A stretch of DNA of 44,419 bases from Bacteroidia bacterium (GCA_026391655.1 JAPLDR010000019.1:5399-49817), one strand, 5' to 3'. Shown: positions 8,140-18,598, counted from the first letter of the stretch. Notes: generated from the sequence alone by a model not told the origin. Made by a program: numbers and translations.

Positions 8140-10806
8140 ATGAACCGATTTCGGGAAGTAATTCTTATCACCTTATTGTGCTCTCTGCGTCTCCTGAGTT
8201 TTGGGAATGATCTCTCATTTTCAAGACTTTCGGTCGAAAACGGTTTGTCGAACAACCTGGTAAGAGTGATATATAAAGACTCATACGGATTTATTTGGTT
8301 TGGTACATTAGAGGGGCTTGATCGGTACGACGGAGTTGAAATCAAACCTTATTCATCAAAGTTTCCCGAGACAGTCGAGAATGTTTACGCCATTACCGAA
8401 GATTATGGGAAACACCTTTGGGTTGGGACTGCAACCGGATTATTCTGCTACGACAGGATGTCCGAAAGCTTCAAAAGAATCAATATTGACAGCACTAATA
8501 TTACAGTTCAAGCGTTGTCAGTCCTGCCTGACAGCAGCCTTTGCGTCGGTACCACAAACGGTTTGTATCTTGTCAATACAAAAAACCGGTTAGCAGAACA
8601 TTTTCTTTTTAATGGTCTGCACAACAATAAATCCAGCAATATCACCGGAATATTTCCCGACAAACATGGAAATTGCTGGTTATCGACACTTTCGGGGCTC
8701 GTGAGATATTCCGTTAACGAAAAAAAAAGTGATATTTACCAGTTCAGGATAGTACCTGAAGATGCCTGTAACACATTTACCACTATTTGTAATATAGGCA
8801 ATAAAATATATTTAGGGACAGCCTACATGGGTATTGTCGAATTTGACCTTTCGACTAAAGCTTTTTCTCCGGGAATAAATACTGATAACAAGATCATTTT
8901 AACCATTAGCAGTGATAATAAAGAACGACTTTTCGTTGGCACTGATGGCGGAGGTTTAAAAGTGATCAATATCCGGACACGACAAATCGAAAGCATTGAA
9001 AATCTGGAGAACACGCCTTCTTCCATCAGTTCGAATTCGATTTATTCTTTCTATCTTGACGAAAATAACCGATTCTGGATTGGCACCTATACTGGCGGGG
9101 TCAATTTCAATAAAAGTATAACCGGAAGTTTCAAACTTCATCCGGTTACTTCTAATTATCCTGAGGCTAATAAAAGCATACGCTCTTTCTATTTTGCGCC
9201 GGATGGCACTCAATATTTCGGAACACGAAATGGTTTGATCCAAATCAGCAAGAGTGGAGTTGCCAAATTCTTCCAGGCAAACTCAAACGACAAGAACGGA
9301 TTGAGATCCAACATTATTCTATCGGTTTTCCCTTTTATGGGCGATATTCTGATTGGCACATACGGAGGAGGGGTCAGCCGGTTTTCGGTCACAGAACAGA
9401 AGATCAAACCTTTTCTGGAATCAGGAATTTTTTCACAAGGAAATGAATATCGATTCGAAACGGACAAAAACGGGAATCTCTGGATTGCGTCGTTTAACGG
9501 TATCTACAGATATTCGCCAACTGACAAAAGGATCATTAATTTTAACAAGCAAAACAGCAGTCTGAAGTGTGATGAGATTTTTGAAATCGCTTTTGATTCA
9601 AAAGGGAGGTTGTGGATAGGAACAATGTCAGGCACCTACGTTATGACACTAAAAGGCGACCGCCTTGAAAAGCTTGATTTACCTGCAACCGCTGTGAACA
9701 GCTTAAAAAATAATTATATTTACGAAGACCAGGCTGGGAATATTTGGATATGTACCGAAAGGGGTGGCCTGATCATGATCAATCAGGGATTAACAAAAAG
9801 CAAAACCTATCGCGACACCGATGGGTTACCCGACAATTCTGTGTGCGCGATTATCGAAAGCAGCACAGGGGAATACTGGATCAGTACATTGAAAGGATTT
9901 TGCAAATTCTCGTCGCAATCGCAGAAATTTTGCAAATTCTCATTATCAGATGGCCTGCCGGGCCTCGTTTTCTCGCCTGCAGCCAATTACCTTGCCCCTG
10001 ACGGAACACTTTACTTTGGCAATGAAAAAGGATTGGTCTATTTTACGCCATCCGAAGCAGCAGAAACGGCGCTGAAATCAAAAATAAGGCTTACAGATTT
10101 TTACCTTTTTGGCAAAGCGGTTAAACCAGGACCTGAATCCGCAATAAAACAGTCTATCGAGACGATTGAGGAAATCAGACTGAATGACCGGTCAAACAGT
10201 ATCGGATTTCGGTTTGTGGCGCTTAATTACATCAATCCGGCTGACAATGGCTATCAATACAAACTGGAAGGATTTGATAAAGAATGGAGGAACAATGGCA
10301 GCAACAATACGGCCTTCTACGAAAAACTGAAACCGGGAGATTATATCTTCAAAGTAAGAAACACAAACGAAGCTGATGAAAACTCGCCTAACAACGTTAG
10401 CGTTCGAATACTGATTCGTCATTCATTCCTGAGTTCCCCGGTGTTCTTCGGATTTCTTGTTCTGCTTGCGTTGGCTGGTGTTTACATCATCCTTAAATAC
10501 ATCAAAAAACTACAAAAGCAGGGTAAACGGCTCATAGAGATACCTCAAAAATTTGAGAAATATAAAGGTTCAAAAGTCCCCGAAAACCACAGTACATTAA
10601 TCATTAATGAACTGAAACGTTATATGGAGGAAAAGAAACCGTACCGGAATGCCGAATTGAAATTGGCCGATCTTGCTTCGGAGATTAACTATCCCCTGCA
10701 CGAAATATCTCAGGTGCTCAACCAGGATCTCGACCAAAGCTTTTCAGACTTTGTCAATAAATACCGCGTTGAAGAGGTGAAAAAACGGATGGAGGATAAG
10801 GCGTAG
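8140..10806 (+). CDS. Transmembrane periplasmic-sensor/AraC-family regulator (two-component regulator propeller repeats + Y_Y_Y + TM + AraC HTH; no histidine kinase or receiver). An in-frame TAG at 10804-10806 interrupts it, and the frame continues to 10941
   Basis: The N-terminal ~700 aa carry repeated propeller-like motifs (WIGT..GL..YD). A Y_Y_Y-like region follows (YQYKLEGFDKEWRN). One TM segment is present (VFFGFLVLLALAGVYIIL). Then comes AraC HTH helix 1 (LADLASEINYPLHEISQVLNQ...FVNKYRVEEVKKRM). After the TAG, the same frame encodes AYAKFTFFAIAQQCGFNSKTSFYRIFKNETGKTPADYLKEIKHT, a canonical second AraC HTH, ending at TAA 10939-10941. Confidence 0.75.
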   Translation: MNRFREVILITLLCSLRLLSFGNDLSFSRLSVENGLSNNLVRVIYKDSYGFIWFGTLEGLDRYDGVEIKPYSSKFPETVENVYAITEDYGKHLWVGTATGLFCYDRMSESFKRINIDSTNITVQALSVLPDSSLCVGTTNGLYLVNTKNRLAEHFLFNGLHNNKSSNITGIFPDKHGNCWLSTLSGLVRYSVNEKKSDIYQFRIVPEDACNTFTTICNIGNKIYLGTAYMGIVEFDLSTKAFSPGINTDNKIILTISSDNKERLFVGTDGGGLKVINIRTRQIESIENLENTPSSISSNSIYSFYLDENNRFWIGTYTGGVNFNKSITGSFKLHPVTSNYPEANKSIRSFYFAPDGTQYFGTRNGLIQISKSGVAKFFQANSNDKNGLRSNIILSVFPFMGDILIGTYGGGVSRFSVTEQKIKPFLESGIFSQGNEYRFETDKNGNLWIASFNGIYRYSPTDKRIINFNKQNSSLKCDEIFEIAFDSKGRLWIGTMSGTYVMTLKGDRLEKLDLPATAVNSLKNNYIYEDQAGNIWICTERGGLIMINQGLTKSKTYRDTDGLPDNSVCAIIESSTGEYWISTLKGFCKFSSQSQKFCKFSLSDGLPGLVFSPAANYLAPDGTLYFGNEKGLVYFTPSEAAETALKSKIRLTDFYLFGKAVKPGPESAIKQSIETIEEIRLNDRSNSIGFRFVALNYINPADNGYQYKLEGFDKEWRNNGSNNTAFYEKLKPGDYIFKVRNTNEADENSPNNVSVRILIRHSFLSSPVFFGFLVLLALAGVYIILKYIKKLQKQGKRLIEIPQKFEKYKGSKVPENHSTLIINELKRYMEEKKPYRNAELKLADLASEINYPLHEISQVLNQDLDQSFSDFVNKYRVEEVKKRMEDKA

Positions 10807-11133
10807 GCGTATGCTAAATTCACCTTTTTTGCAATCGCACAACAATGTGGTTTTAATTCGAAAACCTCTTTCTACCGCATCTTTAAAAATGAGACCGGCA
10901 AAACCCCTGCCGATTATCTGAAAGAGATCAAACACACCTAAAAGAGAGAATTTTCCTTTTTACTTTCCGATAATTCTAAAAAATTACTTTTCTTCTTATC
11001 ACGGGAAGGAAAAATCCTTCAATTTTCAGGATTTTCAGGTGCCAAAATAAAATTGGAACTAACATTTTTTAACACTTCGGTCAAAAGAGTGCTAAAGTGT
11101 TAAATTTCATTACTATATAATAAATTTATCCAC

Positions 11134-11164
11134 AGTCCCAATTTATGATTTGGGACTTTTTTTG
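11134..11164 (+). terminator. Rho-independent terminator candidate (agtcccaa-tttatgat-ttgggact followed by TTTTTTGCATTT)
   Basis: 8-bp perfect stem with a U-rich tail, ~190 bp downstream of the regulator reading frame. Read directly. Confidence 0.6.
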
Positions 11165-11328
11165 CATTTAATAACAAACAGGACACACTATTTTAACTTT
11201 AATTTTACATTGAGCCGAACGAGTTAAATCACTATGAGAAAAAATTAAAACCAAAAGTCAAATTCACTTTGAAAATACTCAAGCTTAAAATTACTGAATT
11301 ACATGTTTAACATTTACAATTAACATTT
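11165..11328 (+). promoter_or_regulatory. AT-rich intergenic region expected to carry the promoter and regulator-binding region for the SusC/SusD-like operon
   Basis: Sits between the terminator and the SusC-like start. I could not assign a confident Bacteroidetes -33/-7 (TAnnTTTG) element by eye. Confidence 0.25.
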
Positions 11329-14300
11329 ATGAAAAAAAGTCCTAATGAATTCTCTGACGGGAACAGCCAAAAACTGAAAAAGCTGTTTTCAATGATGGGC
11401 ATGCTTGTGTTAATCATCATGCTAACATTTTTACAAGGCTTTGCACAACAAGGCAAAACGATTAAAGGTGTTGTTACCGACAACAGCGGGACACCGATAC
11501 CGGGTGCAACCGTCATTGTAAAAGGTACAACCACGGGTACAATTGCCGATACAGACGGTTCCTATACTGTTACGGTACCGACTTCAGGAACAGTGCTGGT
11601 TTTTTCATTTATAGGAATGAAAACTATCGAGGTGACCATTGGCAATCAGACTAAAATCAATGTGAAACTCGTAGAGGAGGCTATTGGTCTTGAAGATGTA
11701 GTCGTGGTTGGTTATGGTAAACAATCGAAAGCGATGTTGTCCGGGGCAGTGGCTCAGGTGACAGGAGAACAGGTTCTAAAAGGGAAGGCGACGACTAATA
11801 TTGCGTCGGCTTTGCAAGGTACACTTCCCGGTTTAACCATTACGCGTACTTCTTCACGTCCCGGTAACGAAGGGACAAATATCTCATTACGTGGTGGCAT
11901 CTCTGTAAACGCTGTAGATCCGATGATAGTGATTGATGGTATTGCAGCTTATACCTGGGAACTTTCTCAGATCAATCCAAGCGATATTGAATCGGTCTCA
12001 GTTTTGAAAGATGCAGAAGCATCAATTTATGGTACACGTGCCGCCGGTGGTGTTATCCTCATTACGACCAAACGCGGTAAAGATGGAAAAGTCCAGGTTA
12101 AATATTCAGGTAGTTCTCACCTTAACTATATTGGGAATCGTTTCCCCGTAGCTTCAGGACAACAATGGGCACAAATGAGCATTGAAGCTAATACAAATGA
12201 CGCAGTTGCTACGGGTTCAACTAATAATTACTGGCTGTTTACTGAAGCTGTTTATAAGAAACTCGCAAATAACGAAGCAGTATGGAGAGAAGATTTAAAG
12301 CTATATATGGATCCTACAGTTAATCAATTTGATGCTGTTTATGGAAGTACGTGGGGACAGGATCATAATTTCTCTGTTTCGGGTGGTAGCGACAAAATAA
12401 AAGTGATGACCTCTTTGGGTTATGCAAAAGATCGTTCGTTGATTAAAGTCGCGCTGGATGGTACTGAAAAATATACTTTTCGTACCAATGTAGATTATAC
12501 TGTGAATCCATGGGTAAAAGCAGAAGTCAATGTATCCTACGACAAACGTCTTGTAAGCACACCAACTGATGGTGTTGGTTACGGTGTCCAGGATATGTTT
12601 ATTTTTCCAATGTATAATCCGAAGGGGCAATTCTACGATGCGTTTGGAACGAACAACATCCTTTCCAAATTAATCGAAGGGGGTCGAACGAATAATACAG
12701 AGAGTATCTTCCGTCTGGGAGGCAAGGTGACATTTGACATGGGATTTTTTAAACCGTTGCAAGGTTTGACCTTCAGTGCCAATGCCAATGTAAAGGAGCG
12801 TAAAGGTTGGAAAGTCGTACGCAACGGTACTGAAACCATGTACGATTGGGCCGGTGAAACAGGAAAGGTCAACAATATTTTCTTTCAAACTGCTTTAAGC
12901 AATCGCGGTGTGGCCGATACTTATTCAAATAACCTTTACACGACTTACGGTACCTTTGCAAATTATGATAAAACGATTCAAAACCACCACCTTGCATTAA
13001 TGGCCGGTATGACCGCTGAAAAGGAAGTATTCAATGATTTATACGGGAAACGCACCTATATGCTTGATGACAAATTAAATGCCATCAATACAGGTGATGC
13101 CACCTACGACGACAACTCTGGTAATGCTTATACTTGGGGGCTTGTGTCGTATATTGGCAGTTTAAACTACGATTTCAAGAAAACATACTTATTGAAAGCA
13201 ACTTACCGTCGCGATGGTTCATCTAAACTGGCTCCTGAGAATCGCTGGGCAGATTTCATAGGTGCATCAGCCGGTATTCGCCTTTCGGAATTTGATATCA
13301 TTAAGAACCTCAATATTTTCAACAATTTGAAAGTCCGCGCTTCTTATGGTGAAATGGGTTCTCTTTCAGGTATTGGCAACTATGATTACATTTCGGGCAT
13401 TACATTGGGAACCACTGTTTTTGGAACAACTCCTGCACAGGTTTCGACGGCTTATGTTTCGGCTATGACCAGCCGCAACCGGACCTGGGAACGCGTTGCA
13501 TCGACCAACTTTGGAGTTGATTTTACAGTTTTGAAGAACCGTTTGAGCGGCACATTCGAATACTATGTCCGCCAAAATAAAGGGATGTTAATTAATGTCA
13601 CTTATCCTTCTGTTCTGGGAGCTACGGCACCACAAACCAATGATGGAAACTTTACGGCAAAAGGTTTTGATCTTACCTTACAGTGGAAAGATAAAATTGG
13701 GAAAGATTTTAACTATAATGTTGGCCTGATTTTGTATGATTCCCGTACAGAAGTTACCCATTACCCGGGTAAAGTTTCAATTGGCGTTGGTACAAACAGT
13801 ATCGTTGAAGGCAAACCAATCAATGCACTTTATGTGTACAGAACTGACGGATATCTTCAGACTGAAGCTGATGTAAATGATTATTACTCAAAAGTCAGTG
13901 GAACAGGATCTCTGATTCCTTTAAAGACCAGTATCGACCGCCTCACTCCGGGTTGTGTAAAGAAGCTTGATCTGCGCGGTCCTAAAGATGCGAACGGTAA
14001 TTATACGGCTGCCGACGGTGCTATTACTACGGCTGACTTAGATTATTATGGTGATGCCAATCAACACTACAACTTTGGGATCAATCTGGGCGCTTCCTTT
14101 AAAAGCTTCGATTTCAGCGCTTTCTTCCAGGGTGTAGGTCAGCAGTACGTTGTTCGAACAGGCACATTGTCGGGTCCCTTCCGTGTAGGTTACCAAAACC
14201 AAAACAGTGTATTCCTGGGTAATACCTGGAATCCTCAAAACACCAATGCAAAATATCCTGTAATATCACGTAACACTCCACGTGTCAACTGGAACTACGC

Positions 14301-14556
14301 ATGGACCAACGACATAAATGTGACGAGTGTTTCCTATATGAGATGTAAATCACTTGTACTGGGTTATACCTTGCCAAAGTTGCTTGTTTCGAAGGCCGGT
14401 TTAGGAAATGTCCGTTTCTGGGTATCCGGGGATAACCTATTCGAATTTGATAACGTGAAAGACGGCTTCGATCCGGAAAGTCAGATTGCAGCTGGTCAGG
14501 GTCAGGTAGATGTTTATGCTCGCACGGTATCACTTGGTATTGATTTGACCTTTTAA
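11329..14556 (+). CDS. SusC/RagA-family TonB-dependent outer-membrane transporter
   Basis: 1075 aa. N-terminal carboxypeptidase-regulatory-like domain (KGVVTDNSGTPIPGATVIVKGTTTGTIADTDGSYTV). TonB-box/plug (EDVVVVGYGKQSK...MIVIDGIAAYTWELSQINPSDIESVSVLKDAEASIYGTRAAGGVILITTKRG). Long beta-barrel. The true start may be the internal Met pair (MMGMLVLIIMLTF, ~11389-11392) ahead of the signal peptide. No STN domain. Confidence 0.9.
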   Translation: MKKSPNEFSDGNSQKLKKLFSMMGMLVLIIMLTFLQGFAQQGKTIKGVVTDNSGTPIPGATVIVKGTTTGTIADTDGSYTVTVPTSGTVLVFSFIGMKTIEVTIGNQTKINVKLVEEAIGLEDVVVVGYGKQSKAMLSGAVAQVTGEQVLKGKATTNIASALQGTLPGLTITRTSSRPGNEGTNISLRGGISVNAVDPMIVIDGIAAYTWELSQINPSDIESVSVLKDAEASIYGTRAAGGVILITTKRGKDGKVQVKYSGSSHLNYIGNRFPVASGQQWAQMSIEANTNDAVATGSTNNYWLFTEAVYKKLANNEAVWREDLKLYMDPTVNQFDAVYGSTWGQDHNFSVSGGSDKIKVMTSLGYAKDRSLIKVALDGTEKYTFRTNVDYTVNPWVKAEVNVSYDKRLVSTPTDGVGYGVQDMFIFPMYNPKGQFYDAFGTNNILSKLIEGGRTNNTESIFRLGGKVTFDMGFFKPLQGLTFSANANVKERKGWKVVRNGTETMYDWAGETGKVNNIFFQTALSNRGVADTYSNNLYTTYGTFANYDKTIQNHHLALMAGMTAEKEVFNDLYGKRTYMLDDKLNAINTGDATYDDNSGNAYTWGLVSYIGSLNYDFKKTYLLKATYRRDGSSKLAPENRWADFIGASAGIRLSEFDIIKNLNIFNNLKVRASYGEMGSLSGIGNYDYISGITLGTTVFGTTPAQVSTAYVSAMTSRNRTWERVASTNFGVDFTVLKNRLSGTFEYYVRQNKGMLINVTYPSVLGATAPQTNDGNFTAKGFDLTLQWKDKIGKDFNYNVGLILYDSRTEVTHYPGKVSIGVGTNSIVEGKPINALYVYRTDGYLQTEADVNDYYSKVSGTGSLIPLKTSIDRLTPGCVKKLDLRGPKDANGNYTAADGAITTADLDYYGDANQHYNFGINLGASFKSFDFSAFFQGVGQQYVVRTGTLSGPFRVGYQNQNSVFLGNTWNPQNTNAKYPVISRNTPRVNWNYAWTNDINVTSVSYMRCKSLVLGYTLPKLLVSKAGLGNVRFWVSGDNLFEFDNVKDGFDPESQIAAGQGQVDVYARTVSLGIDLTF

Positions 14557-14582
14557 TTTTATTAATTCGAAACTCTAAAAAA

Positions 14583-16520
14583 ATGAAATTTAAAAATTTA
14601 ATATTAGGAATTGCAGCTTTGGGCAGTGTACTGACCAGTTGTGAGAAAGCTTTCCTTGACCAGCAGCCACAGGCTGTTCTGAGTGAAGCAATTTATTACA
14701 GTAATCTCAGCCAATTTCAGGCAGGAGCCAACGACCTTCACACAAACGTTTACGGGTGGCAGGTAAATTCAGGTGGGGCAAGCGGAAACAATACTTACCA
14801 AATTCTGTTTGATTACGGTTCAGATATTAATTCTCTGTCAAATGCTGAAGGTAGCGGTAATAATGTTACAGGTACTTCAGATGTCTATTGGGATCAGGCC
14901 TATTCATGGCTCCGGAAAGTCAATGTTTTACTCTCAAAAGTCAAAACCTACGCTAATAAAGATGAAATTGCCGGTCCAACTGGTCAGGCGTATTTCTTCA
15001 GGGCATGGCACCACTTTTTCCTGCTCAAACGATTTGGAGGCGTACCAATCGCGAATAACGTGACTCAGACAACCTCAGATATAGTATGGGGTCCGAGAGC
15101 TTCGCGCTATCAGGTAATGGCTCAGATTGTCAATGATCTTGACAGTGCCGTTCTTCTGCTCAATAAGGCTGGTGTTACTAAAGTTTCAACCGCAAATAAT
15201 GGTTCAGTAACGCTTGAAGCAGCTAAGGCGTTCAAAGCTCGTGTCTGCCTGTATGAAGGCACATGGGAAAAATATGTGAAGAATACCACGGATGGCGACG
15301 GAACATCAACAGGTGCAGGAGTAGCCGGTTATAGTGCTACTAAATTTACTGATTACCTGACGATGGCAAAATCGTTGTCAAAAGAGATTATTGATGGTGC
15401 ACAATTTTCACTGTGGAATGGCGTTGATGCGGTTACTTCAACTGCTGTGGCAAATAAAGCGATGTATGCGCATACGAGTTATTTTTATCTGTTCAACCTC
15501 GAAGATGCGCAATCCAATCCGAATGGTCTGAATAAGTCATCAAACAATGAGGCGATTTTCCGCAGCGTCTTTGATTTTACTAACCGTAAAGGGGGAATGA
15601 ACCTTACGCAAACAGTTCCGGCAGGTGTGACACGTAAATTGATGGATATGTACCTTTGTACTGATGGACTTCCCGTTCAGTATTCGCCATTATTCAAAGG
15701 ATATGGTACAATGACTTCAGAATTTGATAATCGTGATTACCGCTTAACAGGACTTGTTTATAAACCGATGGCATGGTACTGGGGATATAACAAATACAAA
15801 ACAGGCTCCCAATATGGCATTGATATTACTACACTAGCTTCTGCAACTTACCAGTCTATTCCCAATCTGACAGGCCAAGGTGGTTATGGTAGCAGAAAGT
15901 TTATTACAGAAAGTAGTTTACGAACCGAATATGAAGAATCAGCCGATTATTTGCAAATACGTTTAGCCGAAATTTACCTGATTTATGCCGAAGCAACCTG
16001 CGAATTAGGAGGTGGTGATATCTCTGATGCCGATCTGAATTTATCCCTAAATAAAGTTCGCGCTCGTGCAGGAGTTGCACCTTTAACCCATGCGCTGATT
16101 GCACCATTTCCAGCTTTAACTTTGTTGGGAGAAATCCGTCGTGAACGTGCTTTAGAGTTACATGGTGAAGGCCATCGTCTTTCTGACCTTTGTCGATGGG
16201 GTATAGCTGAAGCCGAAATGAAAGGGAAGCCTATCTGTGGTGTATACCTTACCTATAACGGGGTTAATACAGAATTTTCAACAGCTTTAAACCCAAATAC
16301 TACTAAACCAGTTGTATTACCAGGGACTTATGGTACGACTAAAATTACTCAGTCTGATATTCAGGTATCTACGTACGCGGGTATCGCACCCACAAAGGCT
16401 GGGGCTACTATTTCAGAAATAGCAACCAACCGGAATTATGCGCTTAAGAATTATTTGCAACCAATTCCCACAGCTCAGATTGATTTGAATCCAAAGTTGA
16501 AACAGAATCCAAGCTGGTAA
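14583..16520 (+). CDS. SusD/RagB-family nutrient-binding outer-membrane lipoprotein
   Basis: 645 aa. Lipoprotein signal with Cys (LGIAALGSVLTSCEKAFLD). Immediately downstream of the SusC-like gene. TPR-like helical composition. TAA stop. Confidence 0.85.
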   Translation: MKFKNLILGIAALGSVLTSCEKAFLDQQPQAVLSEAIYYSNLSQFQAGANDLHTNVYGWQVNSGGASGNNTYQILFDYGSDINSLSNAEGSGNNVTGTSDVYWDQAYSWLRKVNVLLSKVKTYANKDEIAGPTGQAYFFRAWHHFFLLKRFGGVPIANNVTQTTSDIVWGPRASRYQVMAQIVNDLDSAVLLLNKAGVTKVSTANNGSVTLEAAKAFKARVCLYEGTWEKYVKNTTDGDGTSTGAGVAGYSATKFTDYLTMAKSLSKEIIDGAQFSLWNGVDAVTSTAVANKAMYAHTSYFYLFNLEDAQSNPNGLNKSSNNEAIFRSVFDFTNRKGGMNLTQTVPAGVTRKLMDMYLCTDGLPVQYSPLFKGYGTMTSEFDNRDYRLTGLVYKPMAWYWGYNKYKTGSQYGIDITTLASATYQSIPNLTGQGGYGSRKFITESSLRTEYEESADYLQIRLAEIYLIYAEATCELGGGDISDADLNLSLNKVRARAGVAPLTHALIAPFPALTLLGEIRRERALELHGEGHRLSDLCRWGIAEAEMKGKPICGVYLTYNGVNTEFSTALNPNTTKPVVLPGTYGTTKITQSDIQVSTYAGIAPTKAGATISEIATNRNYALKNYLQPIPTAQIDLNPKLKQNPSW

Positions 16521-16561
16521 TATTTGTTTGTTCTGATTTTAATTGAATAATATTGTTCTAT

Positions 16562-16606
16562 GCAGCCTACAGCCAATCTCAATTGGTTGCTGTAGGCTGC
16601 TTTTTT
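16562..16606 (+). terminator. Rho-independent terminator (gcagcctaca ... tgtaggctgc stem with inner ccaat/attgg, then TTTTTT)
   Basis: 10-bp perfect outer stem and a 6-T tract, ~40 bp after the SusD-like stop. Read directly. Confidence 0.7.
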
Positions 16607-16687
16607 CCGCTGACTTTTCGAAGATGACACTGAGAAAAGGCCTCTAATCTCGCTGGTATAATAATAGTTGCACCAAATTTACCCACA

Positions 16688-18598
16688 ATGAACCGATTTA
16701 TCTACACTGCCTTTTTAATGATCGTTTTTGGGATGATTTTTTTTCAAAGCAATGCAAAAGAGAATTCTGCCCCGACAGTCAACTATGAGATAAAATCCCC
16801 TGACGGGAATTATGTGGTGACATTATCGACCATACCAGATGAGAACAATTCATTACAATTGTTCTATCATGTCAGTTACCTGGGCAAAGCGGTTGTGGAA
16901 AAATCGGAGTTGGACATTGTGCTCGATAACCATATTTCGGAGCTGGCCATGGCAATCAAACCAGATGCGGATTACCACTTTGTCGGAAACATGGATTTTA
17001 TTTCCCGCAAAGATACTTCGGTTAATACTTCATGGAACAACACATTTGGTGAACGTAGCACTGTGACAGATCATTACAACCAATCGTCGTTATTGTTCGA
17101 AAAACGGGACAAGAAAGGGTATCAGCTGCAGATTGAGATAAGAGCTTACAATGAAGGTGTAGCTTTTCGGTATCATTTTCCATTGAATCCCAAAGGATTG
17201 TATTACCAGATTGTCAAAGAAAACAGCGAGTTTGTACTGCCTTCAGGAACCAAAGCATGGTACCACAGATGGGCACAGGCGCCTTATGAATTGCTTCCGC
17301 CCGAAAACTGGACCGATGAGTCGGAACGCCCGCTCACCTGCGAGTTGTCCAATGGATTGTTTGTTACATTGGCCGAAGCGCAAATGGTGGATTATGCCCG
17401 AACAAAATTCAAGGTAAAACCAGATCAACCCGGAACTTTGGTTACTTCGCTCTGGACTCCCGTTGATGCGATTACCCCTTTCGATACGCCATGGCGCGTA
17501 ATAATGGCCGCCGAAAATCCCGGACAACTTCTTGAGCACAACGACATTTTGCTGAACCTCAACAAACCCGGCGATATTTCCAATACCAGTTGGATTAAAC
17601 CAGGAAAAATCATGCGCGAAATTGCGCAGACCAACGAAAACTCAAAAGCCTGCATCGACTTTGCTGCCGAAAATGGCTTACAATACATCCTATACGATTG
17701 GAAATGGTATGGTCCGGCGTTCGATTTTAATTCTGACGCATCAAAAGTAGCCATCAACCTCGACCTGCAAAAGTGGATAGCTTACGGCAAGGAACATGGC
17801 GTAGGTATTTGGCTCTATGTGAATCAGCAAGCTCTGCTGAAACAAATGCGCGAAATTTTCCCGATCTATAAAAAATGGGGAATTGCCGGTGTAAAATTCG
17901 GTTTTGTTGAGGTCGGTTCGCAACGTTGGACTACATGGTTACACGAAGCCATTCAATTGGCAGCCGATAATGGACTTATGGTGAATATTCACGATGAATT
18001 CCGTACTACGGGTGAAAACCGTACGTGGCCCAATATTCTCACCGTCGAAGGTATCCGGGGTAACGAAGAATTTCCATCTGCAATACACAATACGATTTTA
18101 CCATTCACTCGATATATTTCCGGACCAGGCGATTACACCATTTGTTACATGGATAAACGACTGAAAACCACACATGCCCATCAGCTGGCTCTTGGAGTAG
18201 TTTATTTCAGTCCGCTGCAAACCCTGTACTGGTACGATAAGCCAGAGATGCTGGCAGGTATTTCTGAAACCGAATTCTTTAAAAACTTGCCTACCGTCTG
18301 GGACGAAACAAAAGTTCTTTCCGGAGAAATCGGAAAATATGTCGCAATTGCCCGTCGCAATGGAAAACAATGGTTTGTAGGGGTGATCACTAACAACAAT
18401 GCCCGAAAAATACCATTATCGTTTGATTTTCTTCCGGAAGGAAAAAAATACCGGGCGCATTTCTATTCCGATGACCCGAAAATGCCGACTCCTACACAAG
18501 TAAGTATTGAAGTTAAAACAATTACCAGCAAGTCGGTTTTACCAACCGAATTGTCACCATCTGGTGGTATGGCAATCTGGTTAGAATCAGCAGACTAG
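16688..18598 (+). CDS. Glycoside hydrolase family 97-like (alpha-glucosidase/alpha-galactosidase family, SusB-like)
   Basis: 636 aa with signal peptide. Motifs resemble GH97: NTSWIKPGKIMREIA, ILYDWKWYGP, and C-terminal PTVWDETKVLSGEIGKYVAIARRNGKQWFVGVIT (GH97 C-domain pattern P.vWDET..L.G.iGeY.v.ARR.G..W.vG). Confidence 0.6.
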   Translation: MNRFIYTAFLMIVFGMIFFQSNAKENSAPTVNYEIKSPDGNYVVTLSTIPDENNSLQLFYHVSYLGKAVVEKSELDIVLDNHISELAMAIKPDADYHFVGNMDFISRKDTSVNTSWNNTFGERSTVTDHYNQSSLLFEKRDKKGYQLQIEIRAYNEGVAFRYHFPLNPKGLYYQIVKENSEFVLPSGTKAWYHRWAQAPYELLPPENWTDESERPLTCELSNGLFVTLAEAQMVDYARTKFKVKPDQPGTLVTSLWTPVDAITPFDTPWRVIMAAENPGQLLEHNDILLNLNKPGDISNTSWIKPGKIMREIAQTNENSKACIDFAAENGLQYILYDWKWYGPAFDFNSDASKVAINLDLQKWIAYGKEHGVGIWLYVNQQALLKQMREIFPIYKKWGIAGVKFGFVEVGSQRWTTWLHEAIQLAADNGLMVNIHDEFRTTGENRTWPNILTVEGIRGNEEFPSAIHNTILPFTRYISGPGDYTICYMDKRLKTTHAHQLALGVVYFSPLQTLYWYDKPEMLAGISETEFFKNLPTVWDETKVLSGEIGKYVAIARRNGKQWFVGVITNNNARKIPLSFDFLPEGKKYRAHFYSDDPKMPTPTQVSIEVKTITSKSVLPTELSPSGGMAIWLESAD

